Assembly (NCBI GenBank): GCA_050010755.1
Contig: JBEKKK010000001.1
Span: 160,001-224,000 of the forward strand
Origin: Candidatus Bathyarchaeia archaeon
Lineage (GTDB): Archaea; Thermoproteota; Bathyarchaeia; Bathyarchaeales; Bathycorpusculaceae
Length of the DNA stretch: 64,000 nt
Reading direction: 5' to 3'
Shown: positions 1-9,757 of the stretch, piece after piece
Layout: each line of letters opens with the position of its first letter
Numbering within the stretch: the first letter of the stretch is position 1
Program-made: the position numbers and the translations under genes
The notes under the pieces: generated by a model
Databases searched by the model: none
Told to the model about the DNA's origin: nothing
What the model saw: only the letters and a program-made list of their open reading frames with translations

Positions 1-279
1 GGAGTGCCGGTTTTTCCGAGTCAGATAGAGATTATTCTGGAGAGGTTTCTGGAATTGGTGGGTAATTGTCAGATAATGGTTGATAAGCGTACGCCGCAGC
101 AGGAGGCCAGTTTGAAGGTTGAGATGCGGGAATCTCTAGGGCAGGATGATAAGAGGTCTTTGGCGTTCCAGATTGTTGAAGAAGTGAAGAACAGGGTGGG
201 TGTGAGCTTTAATGATGTGGTTTTTGTTCCTGCGGGAACTTTTGATGTGAAGTATAAGAAATCCCTCGTAATCAGTTGA
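1..279 (+). CDS. C-terminal fragment of phenylacetate-CoA ligase (PaaK/CapK) family adenylate-forming enzyme, truncated by window edge
   Basis: GVPVFPSQIE resembles the G-V-N-V-F-P-S-Q-I-E motif of the PaaK C-terminal domain; ends with a basic KYKK stretch. Confidence 0.65.
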   Translation, partial: GVPVFPSQIEIILERFLELVGNCQIMVDKRTPQQEASLKVEMRESLGQDDKRSLAFQIVEEVKNRVGVSFNDVVFVPAGTFDVKYKKSLVIS

Positions 280-325
280 CGGTGCTTGCGTTTCTGGGGT
301 TTCGGAGCGGGGAAGAGTTAGGAAT

Positions 326-1603
326 ATGTTGTTCTGTGTTTCGGTTTCTCACAAGCAGACGAGTCTTTCTATGTTGGAGTCTCTCAGTTTTCCGAGTGGG
401 GAGGAGGCTGCGAGAGCGTTTTGTGAGCAGGGAACGTTGGCTGAGTGTGTGCTTCTTCAGACTTGTCACAGGATTGAGATTTACGGGGTGACTGCTGATT
501 TTGCGAGGGGCGATGCTGTGGATGTGATTCTCAGGTCTTGGAGTTCTAGGGCGGGTGTGAGTTTTGATGTTTTGAGGAGGGTTTTTGAGTTGTATGATGG
601 GCGGGAGGCGTTGGCGCATCTTTTTTCTCTTGCCGCTGGGTTGGAGTCTATGGTTGTGGGTGAGGATCAGATTCTGGGGCAGGTGCGTTCGGCTTATGTT
701 GAGGCGAAGAGGGCGGGGAGTGCTGGTCGGATTCTTGATAAGGTTTTTATGAAGGCGGTGAACACGGGCAGGAGAGTGAGGACTGAGACGGGGATTAATG
801 AGGGTTCGGTTTCGGTGAGTTCTGCGGCGGTTGATTTGGCTGTGAAGGAGCTTGGGGGTCTCGAGTCGGCGACGGCGCTGGTCATCGGTGCCGGAGAGGC
901 GGGTTCTATCGCGGCGGAGACGCTTCAGAGGAGGGGTGCTAAACGGATTGTGGTTGCGAATCGAACGCGGGAGAGGGGTGAGGCTTTGGCCCTGAAGGTT
1001 TCTGGGAGGTCGATAGGTCTGGACGGTGTGTATGATGAGATTCCGAGCGTGGATCTAGTGATTTCTGCGGTGTCGGTGAAGAAGCCGATTTTGGAAGCGA
1101 GCCGTCTTAGAAGCGCGTTGGGGAAGAGTAGTAGTGGTAAGCGTTTGCTTGTTGTGGATATTTCTCAGCCGCGGGCTGTGGATGCTAAGGCTGGTTCGAT
1201 TCGTGGTCTTGTGTTGAGGAATATTGAGGATCTGAAAGGGGTTGTGGAGGATAGCATTCGGAGGAGGCGGGGTGAGGCGGAGAGGGCGAGGTTGTTGGTT
1301 GGTGAGGAGCTTGCTCGGTTTGAGCAGGAGTTGTCGTGGATTCTTGTGTTGCCTTTGGCTTCGGAGATTTATCGGAGTTTGGAGGTTGTTAGGAGGAGTG
1401 AGTTTGAGAGGGCTGTCAGGAAGATGGGTGAGTCTGATGGGCGGAAGATTTCGGTGATGGAGAGGTTTTCGAAGGAGTTGGTGGAGAGGATTATGCAGGT
1501 TCCGATGGAGCGGTTGAAGAGGGCGGCTCTTAACAATGAGGGTGAGTTGCTTTCGGCTGCGGAGAAGCTGTTCAAGAATAACCGGGGAGGCGTTGCAGAT
1601 TGA
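326..1603 (+). CDS. hemA: Glutamyl-tRNA reductase
   Basis: QTCHRIE catalytic Cys motif, GLESMVVGEDQILGQV, SVSVSSAAV, GAGEAG nucleotide-binding motif. Confidence 0.96.
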   Translation: MLFCVSVSHKQTSLSMLESLSFPSGEEAARAFCEQGTLAECVLLQTCHRIEIYGVTADFARGDAVDVILRSWSSRAGVSFDVLRRVFELYDGREALAHLFSLAAGLESMVVGEDQILGQVRSAYVEAKRAGSAGRILDKVFMKAVNTGRRVRTETGINEGSVSVSSAAVDLAVKELGGLESATALVIGAGEAGSIAAETLQRRGAKRIVVANRTRERGEALALKVSGRSIGLDGVYDEIPSVDLVISAVSVKKPILEASRLRSALGKSSSGKRLLVVDISQPRAVDAKAGSIRGLVLRNIEDLKGVVEDSIRRRRGEAERARLLVGEELARFEQELSWILVLPLASEIYRSLEVVRRSEFERAVRKMGESDGRKISVMERFSKELVERIMQVPMERLKRAALNNEGELLSAAEKLFKNNRGGVAD

Positions 1604-2871
1604 CCAGGTCTGAGAGGCTTTTTGCCAGGGCGAAGAAGTTGATTCCAGGCGGTGTGAACAGTCCGGTTCGGGCTTTTTCGCCTTATCCGTTTTTCACGAA
1701 GTCTGCGAAGGGTTCGAAGCTTACGGATGTGGATGGTGTGGAGTTTGTTGATTATTGTTTGGGTTATGGGCCTTTGATTTTGGGGCATGCTGATGAGCGG
1801 GTTATGGGTGCTGTTCGGGAGCAGTTGGGTCGTGGGTCGTTGTTTGGTACGCCTTCCGAGGGGGAGGTGGAGCTTGCTGAGTTGATCTGTAAGCTTGTGC
1901 CTTCGGCTGAGATGGTTCGGCTTGTGAGCACGGGTGGGGAGGCGACGATGAGTGCGATTAGGCTTGCGAGGGGTTTTACGGGGAGGAAGAAGGTTTTGAA
2001 GTTTGAGGGTTGTTATCATGGGGCTCATGATTGTGTGTTGGTGAAGGCGGGTTCTGGCTTGTTGACGTTCGGGATGCCTGATTCTCTTGGGGTTCCTGAG
2101 GAGACGGCTGGGAACACGGTTGTGGTGCCGTTTAATGATGTTGCTGCTTTCGAGGCGATGGTGAAGAGGGAGCGCCGTGAGCTTGCGGCGGTGATTGTTG
2201 AGCCTGTTATCGGCAACATAGGCGTTGTCCTGCCTAAGGAGGGTTTTCTTGAGGCGTTGCGGGAGATTACGGAGCAGTATGGGGTTGTTCTGGTGTTTGA
2301 TGAGGTGATTACAGGCTTCAGATTAGCCCTGGGTGGGGCTCAGGAGTTTTATGGTGTTAAGCCGGATTTGACGACTCTGGGTAAGATTCTTGGGGGTGGT
2401 TTTCCCTTGGCGGCTTTCGCCGGGCGGGAGGATATCATGCGGATGATTGCGCCTTCTGGAAAAGTGTACCAAGCCGGCACTTTCAGCGGCAATCCGGTCA
2501 GCGTTGCGGCAGGCTTGGCGGTGTTGAGAACCTTGCGGGCTCGGAGGAGCTTCTATTCTATGATGGAGAAGAAATGCGAGGGGCTTGTCAAGCAGCTGAG
2601 GCAGGTTGCGAATGATGCGAGAGTGCAGGTTCAGGTTAACAGTGTCGGTTCGATGTTTCAGATGTTCCTGTCCGAGGAGCCCGTGTTCGACTATGCCAGC
2701 GCAAAGAAGAGTGACAGCAAGAGGTTCATGCAGTTTCATCATGCGCTCCTACAGCATGGAGTTTTCATTCCGCCCTCACAGTTTGAAACCTGCTTCCTAT
2801 CTGCGGCTCACAGCGATGGAGACTTGAAGATGACGATTGAGGCTTACAAGCAGGCTCTCGAGTCAATTTGA
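1600..2871 (+). CDS. hemL: Glutamate-1-semialdehyde 2,1-aminomutase
   Basis: PGGVNSPVRAF, FEGCYHG, FDEVITGFR, PLP-lysine motif TLGKILGGG, QAGTFSGNP, PPSQFE; overlaps hemA stop by 4 nt. Confidence 0.97.
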   Translation: MTRSERLFARAKKLIPGGVNSPVRAFSPYPFFTKSAKGSKLTDVDGVEFVDYCLGYGPLILGHADERVMGAVREQLGRGSLFGTPSEGEVELAELICKLVPSAEMVRLVSTGGEATMSAIRLARGFTGRKKVLKFEGCYHGAHDCVLVKAGSGLLTFGMPDSLGVPEETAGNTVVVPFNDVAAFEAMVKRERRELAAVIVEPVIGNIGVVLPKEGFLEALREITEQYGVVLVFDEVITGFRLALGGAQEFYGVKPDLTTLGKILGGGFPLAAFAGREDIMRMIAPSGKVYQAGTFSGNPVSVAAGLAVLRTLRARRSFYSMMEKKCEGLVKQLRQVANDARVQVQVNSVGSMFQMFLSEEPVFDYASAKKSDSKRFMQFHHALLQHGVFIPPSQFETCFLSAAHSDGDLKMTIEAYKQALESI

Positions 2872-2953
2872 TTATAGCCCTGCAACGCACGCGTTGATTA
2901 TTGTGGTTCCTGTTTGAATTAGCGTTTGGTTCAGGCGTTATGGAGTTGCGATT

Positions 2954-4051
2954 ATGGGTAATCCCGAAGTTTCCGTGGTTGTTGCAACTTACAAGGGTGC
3001 AAATACGCTGAGGTATGTGTTGGAGGGTTTGAGTCAGCAGACTTTTAGGGATTTTGAGGTTGTGGCGGTTGTGAAGCCGAGTGCGGATCAAACTCTGGAG
3101 CTTCTGAGGAAGTATGCGGATCAGCTTGAAATCGAGGTTGTGACTCAGAAGAATGGGAACGTTGTGGACGCCGAACAACTTGGTTTAGAACGTGCTAAGG
3201 GAAGGATAATCGTTTTCTTTGATGATGACGCAGTTCCGAGACCGGATTGCATTGAAGAGCACGTCAAAACTTATGCAGACCAAAGGATAGGCGGTGTGGC
3301 GGGCGACCTGATTCCTTCCACTATAGCTGATGGTGTCGTGAAGGAGCTTGAGGAGGTTGAGGTGCCGCCTTCGCAGTCGGCTAGGACACGTCTTTCGGCG
3401 AGGGTCTGGGATCATCCGGTGGAGGGGCTTGAGCAATATCGCTGCTGCGTGACTAGGTGTGGTTTCATTTGGCATGGGTTTTTGTTGGCGGACAACCCAG
3501 TGGGAAACCTTGTTTATTGGAGAAAAAGGGGAATGGTAAAGTCTTTTCTGGGGCCAGGTGCCAACATGTCTGTTTTGGCCTCAGCAGGAAAAGGCACAGT
3601 GTTTGAGAAGACAGATTACTGGAGAAGAGGCTATGCGTGGGAGCAATTCTTGGCGTGGCAAGTATGGAAAAAGGGGTACTCAATGGTTCTTAATACTAAG
3701 GCGCGGGTGGAGCACATTCTTCTTGACGGGCATCTCACTGGAGGCCTTTATGCAACTAGCGTTAAGAACGCGGCGCCGGGCGAACTGGAGAAAACAGACA
3801 GCGTTGAAAAAGCGCGCGCTATTGGGTATGATCACATCAGGGAGGAGCATCTTCTCTTTTTTCGACTTTATCGCCGAGGAAGTGGGCTTTCGCTGTTTGC
3901 CAAATTCTGTTCCGTAGCAAATGATGCTTTGTATTTCTTTAAGACGGTGAGAAGTCTGCAAGAATCCAAGAATCTCAGGGTTCTGTTCGTTTCAAACTTG
4001 ATTGGTCTGAGATGGTTGTTGTCCGACGCACATGGTGCACGTCTTTCTTGA
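2954..4051 (+). CDS. Glycosyltransferase family 2
   Basis: VSVVVATY, AKGRIIVFFDDDA (DxD), GANMS. Confidence 0.85.
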   Translation: MGNPEVSVVVATYKGANTLRYVLEGLSQQTFRDFEVVAVVKPSADQTLELLRKYADQLEIEVVTQKNGNVVDAEQLGLERAKGRIIVFFDDDAVPRPDCIEEHVKTYADQRIGGVAGDLIPSTIADGVVKELEEVEVPPSQSARTRLSARVWDHPVEGLEQYRCCVTRCGFIWHGFLLADNPVGNLVYWRKRGMVKSFLGPGANMSVLASAGKGTVFEKTDYWRRGYAWEQFLAWQVWKKGYSMVLNTKARVEHILLDGHLTGGLYATSVKNAAPGELEKTDSVEKARAIGYDHIREEHLLFFRLYRRGSGLSLFAKFCSVANDALYFFKTVRSLQESKNLRVLFVSNLIGLRWLLSDAHGARLS

Positions 4052-4149
4052 AATATTGTTAGGCTGGGAATAACCTTCTAATAACGTCTTCAGGTTTTGT
4101 TGAGGTTGAAAGCACTAGCGCTCAATGCAAAATAGGTGGGTGTGACACT

Positions 4150-5370
4150 GTGAGAATTGCGTTCGTAGATGTGGACATGTCCCTGAGAACTGGGTCGAGG
4201 CGTTTTACTTGTGAGGTGGCATGTCAACTTCAGAGCATGGGGCATGAGGTCGGAATTTTCACGTCTAGGCTGGATACTCAGAGATGTTTCAGAAAGGTCC
4301 TATCTCTTCCTGTTTACGTTGCTTCGCGAAGTTCTTCTCAAGATGGGGGCGCAAGTGGTCTGGGGAGGGTTATCAGGAAGCTCGGAAAGAATGTGATAAT
4401 CAATCTCGCGAGTGAGTATAGATATGATATGGTAGAGACCGATTTCGCTTTGAAGACGAGCGAAAAGATCATGAGCATGGGATATGAAGCAGTTCTTTTT
4501 CAATACCATGGGGAGCATTGGCTTTTTCCAGTCTTCTATCACCTGAATGGAGCGAAAGGTGCCGTGTATCTTAACATGGTTCCTCCGAGGGCTGGCCGGG
4601 AGGCTTTGCCTTTTCAGAAATTGACTATGGAGCGAAGGATATTGGACAGATTGGTCAGTCTGCCTTTTGTCCATAGGTTTGAGAACGCAAGCCTCAGAAA
4701 CATCGGTCTGTTCATTGCCCCGAGCGAGTACCAGCTTCAACAGGCGACGGTGCAAGGTGTGATTGGGCAAAAGAGGGCTGCGGTTGTTCCATTAGGAGTT
4801 GATCATTCTGAGTTTTGTCCAACGGATGAAGAGGAGCCTTTTGCGCTCTATGTGGGACGGATCCATCCTCACAAGTCGCTGGAACTGGCGATGATTTCCA
4901 TGAAGAACAGGGGTTCAGACTATCCATTGGTGATTGCTGGAGATGTTGACCAAAGCAACGTCCAATATGTGGAGAGACTTCTGAGTCTGGCAGATGAATT
5001 GAAAATTTCTGACAGGTTTGAACTGATTCTGCGTCCGTCAGAAAAGCGGATTGTCAGGTTGATGCAGAGTTGTTCAGTTTTCTTGTTTCCAAGCACAATA
5101 GATACTTTTGGACTTGTGGTTCTTGAATCCATGGCTTGTGGAAAACCGGTTGTGGCCTGCAACAGAGGGGGTGTTCCAGAAATAGTCGGAGATGCGGGAT
5201 TATTGGTCGAGCCGGACGTGGCGCAGTGGAAGAGGGCCATGACAAGATTGCAGTCAGATTCTGAGTTTCGGCATGCTTTGGGACGAAAGGCATTGAAAAG
5301 ATCCGAAGCGTATTCATGGAAACATACGACTTGCCAGTTGCTTGAAGCTTTCGGCACTAACTGCGCCTAG
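4150..5370 (+). CDS. Glycosyltransferase family 4
   Basis: YVGRIHPHKS, FPSTIDTFGLVVLESMACGKPVV. Confidence 0.9.
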   Translation: MRIAFVDVDMSLRTGSRRFTCEVACQLQSMGHEVGIFTSRLDTQRCFRKVLSLPVYVASRSSSQDGGASGLGRVIRKLGKNVIINLASEYRYDMVETDFALKTSEKIMSMGYEAVLFQYHGEHWLFPVFYHLNGAKGAVYLNMVPPRAGREALPFQKLTMERRILDRLVSLPFVHRFENASLRNIGLFIAPSEYQLQQATVQGVIGQKRAAVVPLGVDHSEFCPTDEEEPFALYVGRIHPHKSLELAMISMKNRGSDYPLVIAGDVDQSNVQYVERLLSLADELKISDRFELILRPSEKRIVRLMQSCSVFLFPSTIDTFGLVVLESMACGKPVVACNRGGVPEIVGDAGLLVEPDVAQWKRAMTRLQSDSEFRHALGRKALKRSEAYSWKHTTCQLLEAFGTNCA

Positions 5371-5493
5371 CTGATGTGTGCACACGTACATCATTGGTAT
5401 GATCATTGGGGTTTGAGCCAAAAGTTTCGCTTGTGGAAGGCTTAGTAACCCTGGCAAAATCTTGGAGCCGCACAGATTAGATCGTTAGCAAGG

Positions 5494-6357
5494 GTGTCAA
5501 AATTGCTTTCTGTTGTGATTCCTGCGTTGAACAGTGCGGTAACAATTTCGGACACTCTTTCATCGATTTTCTCGAATGAAACCAGTGGCGGAAGGTTCGA
5601 GGTTCTTCTGGTTGATAATGGAAGTTGTGATGAAACGGTTGAGATAGCAAGAAGGTTTCCTGTGAAGATATTCCACTGCTCAAGAAGAGGCATAGGGCCT
5701 CCGAGAAATTTGGGGATTCAGAAGGCCCGAGGGGACATCGTAATCTTCACGGACTCTGATTGCATAGTCGAAAAAGATTGGATAACAAAGATATCCGCTT
5801 TCTTCAACCGACACTCAGAAGCTGACGGAGTCGGTGGGCCGGTATTTCCCTACCCTTATTGTCAAAATAGGATTCAGGAATTGACTGGAAAACTTTTTGT
5901 GGAAGACCAAGGTTATCCCAGAAGAATCAGGAAAATTCAACCTGGTTCCACGCAGGGGCTTATTTTCGGCTCAAACAGCGCTTACAGGAGAAGCGTGCTT
6001 GTGAAATCTGGTGGCTTCAATGAGCCGGGAGGGTCAAACCTAGAACTCGCGTTGAGGCTTGTTGCTAATGGAAAGAACCTGTTTTTCTATCCTGGCATAA
6101 TAGTGTACCACGTTTTTCCAAGCAACCTTAAGTCTATTTTCAGACAACAATTTAGGTGGGGAGCACAATCGACTCACATGAAGCGGATGCATCACCTTGA
6201 TAAGGGAGCAAGGGAAATCGTTTACATTTCTTACTTTCCTGTTCGGCGTTTGCTTTCTTTACTTTTTCCTGTGGATTTGGAAAAGAAGTTGTTACACTTT
6301 ACTCAGGTGGCGAGTTACGGTTTAGGTCGCGTCTATGGATTTCAGTTAGAATCTTGA
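5494..6357 (+). CDS. Glycosyltransferase family 2
   Basis: SVVIPALN, VDNGSCDET, FTDSDC, RQQFRWG. Confidence 0.9.
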   Translation: MSKLLSVVIPALNSAVTISDTLSSIFSNETSGGRFEVLLVDNGSCDETVEIARRFPVKIFHCSRRGIGPPRNLGIQKARGDIVIFTDSDCIVEKDWITKISAFFNRHSEADGVGGPVFPYPYCQNRIQELTGKLFVEDQGYPRRIRKIQPGSTQGLIFGSNSAYRRSVLVKSGGFNEPGGSNLELALRLVANGKNLFFYPGIIVYHVFPSNLKSIFRQQFRWGAQSTHMKRMHHLDKGAREIVYISYFPVRRLLSLLFPVDLEKKLLHFTQVASYGLGRVYGFQLES

Positions 6358-6446
6358 AGCGATGAATCTGAACCGTGAGATAGAGCCCGTATGATCGGGT
6401 TATGTGAAGCACTTGGAGTATCCGTTTGACATGTTGAGGAGAGAAG

Positions 6447-7529
6447 ATGAAAAGGAGTTTGAATCGTGCTTCAAATGCGGTACGATACGGTGTTCTGTAC
6501 TTGGGAAATTACTCTTTTCTGAAACTTATCTCTCCGAACCCAGATTATGCTGAGGTGAGGGTTACCGAGGGATGTAATAGCAGATGCGTAACGTGTAGGG
6601 CTTGGAAAAATTCGAGAGAAGGTGAATTATCTACTCAGGAAATGATCAGTGCCTTCGAGCAATTGAGAAGAATCGGGGTCGAGTCCATTCGCATCTCTGG
6701 AGGAGAGCCGTTGATTCGATCTGATATTATAGAGTTGATAAAAGAGTGCAAAAGGCTGAAATTTCGACAGATATACCTCGCAACAAACGGCCTTCTGCTT
6801 CATCAGAAGGCTGAAGATCTTGTTGAGGCCGGAGTTACCCATTTTGGCGTTTCGTTAGATGGAATTGAAGAGACTAATGATATGATTCGAGGAGTCCCTG
6901 GAAGTTACGAGAGAGTCTCAGAAGGCATTCGTGCTGTAAAAGGTTCTATGAAGAAAGTGGGGGTTAGCTTTCCTGTAACGGTCTTTACGACCTTGCTGAG
7001 GCAGAATATTCGTGAGGTGCCGCGGCTCTTGAAACTCTGTGAAGATATTGGTGCAAACTGGTGTTTCAGTTTGCTGGATGGGAATCTTGATTTTTTTGAG
7101 GGCGTTGATATTTCAGAATTGGTGGTTAACGATTGGAAAGTCATTGATGAAACCATAGATTATCTGCAGAAGCTATGGAGGGAGAAACCTTGGCTTGTTT
7201 ATTCTGGACCGAACATTCTTGAATATGCCAGAAACTACCTTAAGGGGGTAAACAGGGATGATGATGTTCCGTGCACTCTCGGATACAAGCTGATCTCACT
7301 AGGATCCAGGGGAGAAGTCTATCCCGGATGCTATGTTTTCAAGTCTATCGGAAACATAAGGCATAAGGCACTAGGTGAAATAGTGAAGTCTAAGGAATAC
7401 GCAGCCCTTGCTGAGAAAATGTATCGTGGAGAATGCGCGGGCTGCACCTTCTTCTATGAAGACAACGTTCTAATCAGGAACATGTTTCCAAGAGTGGAAA
7501 GAATAAGAAGTTTAATGAGAAGCAAATGA
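6447..7529 (+). CDS. Radical SAM protein with SPASM/twitch domain
   Basis: CNSRCVTC (CxxxCxxC), SGGEPL, SLDG..HD-like motif, C-terminal C..G...GEVYPGC...CAGC. Confidence 0.9.
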   Translation: MKRSLNRASNAVRYGVLYLGNYSFLKLISPNPDYAEVRVTEGCNSRCVTCRAWKNSREGELSTQEMISAFEQLRRIGVESIRISGGEPLIRSDIIELIKECKRLKFRQIYLATNGLLLHQKAEDLVEAGVTHFGVSLDGIEETNDMIRGVPGSYERVSEGIRAVKGSMKKVGVSFPVTVFTTLLRQNIREVPRLLKLCEDIGANWCFSLLDGNLDFFEGVDISELVVNDWKVIDETIDYLQKLWREKPWLVYSGPNILEYARNYLKGVNRDDDVPCTLGYKLISLGSRGEVYPGCYVFKSIGNIRHKALGEIVKSKEYAALAEKMYRGECAGCTFFYEDNVLIRNMFPRVERIRSLMRSK

Positions 7530-8479
7530 ACATGGCTCTTCCACGCACTCTTTTTTTGACGTTTGATGTAGAAGATTTCATCAATGATAGATCAATCAAG
7601 GCTTTGAATTGCATTCTGGAGATGTTGAAAAAGAATAAACTTGGGGCTTTATTCTTTATCACGGGACACATGGCGGAAAAACTTGCCGGGCAGGAAGAGA
7701 CTCTCGGACTTCTTCGCGAACATCAAATAGGCTATCATTCATCATGCCATTCGGTGAGACCTACAATTCTTGAATACACGGATGTGGAGAACTATGATGA
7801 AGCTCTCTTGGAGTCCGAAAAAAGGGAGACTTCACACATAAATCCGCTGACAGGAGAAATTGAAGGAAAGGGCGGAATTCACATCTTGCGAGAGTTATTT
7901 GGGAACAGCAGGATTGAAGCTTTTAGGGCTCCAGATTACTGTTGGGCTCCCCCGCATCTGGAAGCACTGAACAAGTTGGGTTTCCATTATGATTTCTCTA
8001 CAAAAATGGTCCACGAGCCTGCTTCCTACAAGGGTATAACCTTTTACCCGTACCCTATGTGTCATTATTGGAAAGGAAGGTCTAGCTACCTTAGGCTAGC
8101 ACGCTGTGTTGCTGTTAAAAAGACGACTGTTTTGAATTTTCATGATTGGGATTTTGTAAACAGTAAAGCTTGGAATTACTTTTACAGAAACGGTAATCCT
8201 GAAAAGTTGTTCAAGGTTCCTCCCCGAAGCCATGAATCGATGGAAAACATGTTTACCAGCTTTGAGTCCTTTCTGAAAAGGGTCAAGGCTCTTGAAAAGA
8301 CAGGAATAGTCAGAGTCACGCCAAAGCTTGAAAACCCTGGAAAACGCCTTGAGATTAACAGAGTTCCTGTGGAACAGGTGTGCAGAGAAATTACGCGTTG
8401 GTTTAAAGGCGATTATTTCTACCAAATAAGATATCTTAATCAGCACTTCAAAACGTTTTTTGAAGCAGATCACGATTGA
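7526..8479 (+). CDS. Polysaccharide deacetylase family protein
   Basis: FLTFDVED, LFFITG, IGYHSSCH, FRAP; paralog of 25384-26340. Confidence 0.8.
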   Translation: MNMALPRTLFLTFDVEDFINDRSIKALNCILEMLKKNKLGALFFITGHMAEKLAGQEETLGLLREHQIGYHSSCHSVRPTILEYTDVENYDEALLESEKRETSHINPLTGEIEGKGGIHILRELFGNSRIEAFRAPDYCWAPPHLEALNKLGFHYDFSTKMVHEPASYKGITFYPYPMCHYWKGRSSYLRLARCVAVKKTTVLNFHDWDFVNSKAWNYFYRNGNPEKLFKVPPRSHESMENMFTSFESFLKRVKALEKTGIVRVTPKLENPGKRLEINRVPVEQVCREITRWFKGDYFYQIRYLNQHFKTFFEADHD

Positions 8480-8594
8480 AATGTCTGCAATTAGGCATTT
8501 GGCAGGTTTAGGGCAATGAAGCCTTAAAAGCGACACCCAAGTGAAACTTGACTGATTAGAGAATGTAATGCTCAAAATATCAGGAGTGATTTTG

Positions 8595-9572
8595 ATGCGT
8601 TTAACATCTAGAATCAAAAAGTCGAAGGCGATGATCCGTCTTGTGAGACCTTTTGAATTGGCTCCTAGTGACCTGATTTATGCAATTTTTGTTAGGGAGG
8701 ATGGGAAGAGTTATGAGATACCTTCCATGAAAGGCCAGCGCTATCTTTCTCTGGATGGTGCCGCTGAGACCTGTCGGAAGACCGTTGAATTGGGCATCCC
8801 CGGGATGATGGTGTATGGCGTTTTGAAGGAGAAGGATGCGGACGGTTCCATAGCTCTCGGGAAGAATGCTTTTCACAGGAAAATCTTTCGAAGACTCAGG
8901 AAGGAGGTTGGTGACGATCTGGTCCTCATATCCAACCTCTGTCTGTGCGATTACACGGCAGAGGAGTTTTGCGTTTACTCAGATAAGGGAAAGGTGCTTA
9001 ATGAGAAGACTGCGGAGATGCTGGGAAAGATGGCTGTAGTTCACGCTGAGGGTGGCGCGGATGTGATTGCTCCTGCGGGAATGTGTGACGGGCAGGTTGG
9101 ATGCATAAGGGCGGCTTTGGATAGAGAGGGCTTTGAAGACGTTGCCGTGATGAGTTACATCAAGACTGACAGCTGTCTGTTTGAGCCTTATTTTGAAGCT
9201 ATGACATTGTCGAATACTCCTAGACGCGGTGTGGATTCCAGCAAGTTCCGAACGGACGTAATCAACGAGAAGATGTTCATGCAAAAGGTCGACTTGGACA
9301 TCAACGAAGGAGCGGACATGGTTATCGTGAAACCCGCGCTGACGAATCTGGATCTTGTGCTCGCAGTCAAACAGAGGTATCCTACGATTCCAATCGCTGC
9401 CTATCAGGTAAGCGGCGAATATGCCATGATCAAGCTGCTGGCGGAGCATACTCGTGTTGATGAGAAGACTCTGTTCTTGGAGACACTAAGTTCCATTAAG
9501 AGGGCAGGAGCAGACATGATACTGACGTATTACGCTCAGGAAGCAGCGAAACTCTTGACTGAGCGAATGTAG
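8595..9572 (+). CDS. hemB: Porphobilinogen synthase (HemB/ALAD) family protein, divergent active site
   Basis: CLCDYTAEEFC Zn cysteines, EGADMVIVKPA, AYQVSGEYAMI, IKRAGADMILTY; several A-site residues substituted (see findings). Start chosen after GGAGTGA; ORF track starts 8568. Confidence 0.85.
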   Translation: MRLTSRIKKSKAMIRLVRPFELAPSDLIYAIFVREDGKSYEIPSMKGQRYLSLDGAAETCRKTVELGIPGMMVYGVLKEKDADGSIALGKNAFHRKIFRRLRKEVGDDLVLISNLCLCDYTAEEFCVYSDKGKVLNEKTAEMLGKMAVVHAEGGADVIAPAGMCDGQVGCIRAALDREGFEDVAVMSYIKTDSCLFEPYFEAMTLSNTPRRGVDSSKFRTDVINEKMFMQKVDLDINEGADMVIVKPALTNLDLVLAVKQRYPTIPIAAYQVSGEYAMIKLLAEHTRVDEKTLFLETLSSIKRAGADMILTYYAQEAAKLLTERM

Positions 9573-9757
9573 AAAATTCAGGTCAGCATGAGAATCGACG
9601 GTTAATAAATTCTCAGAGTGCGCTATTAGTGATCAGAAATTCTGAAATCTAGTATTAATCTGCAGTGTGCAAAGAATAATTACACCGCCAAACAATCCCT
9701 AGAATGCGCGCCTTACAGTAGAATACTCTCCACATGAAACCCGGGATGGTTACATAA

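Noticed and set aside
272-2742. Long antisense ORFs over hemA/hemL, and similar ones over rpiA, RPA and Hsp20
   Set aside because: Shadow frames favoured by the strong strand skew; no recognisable motifs
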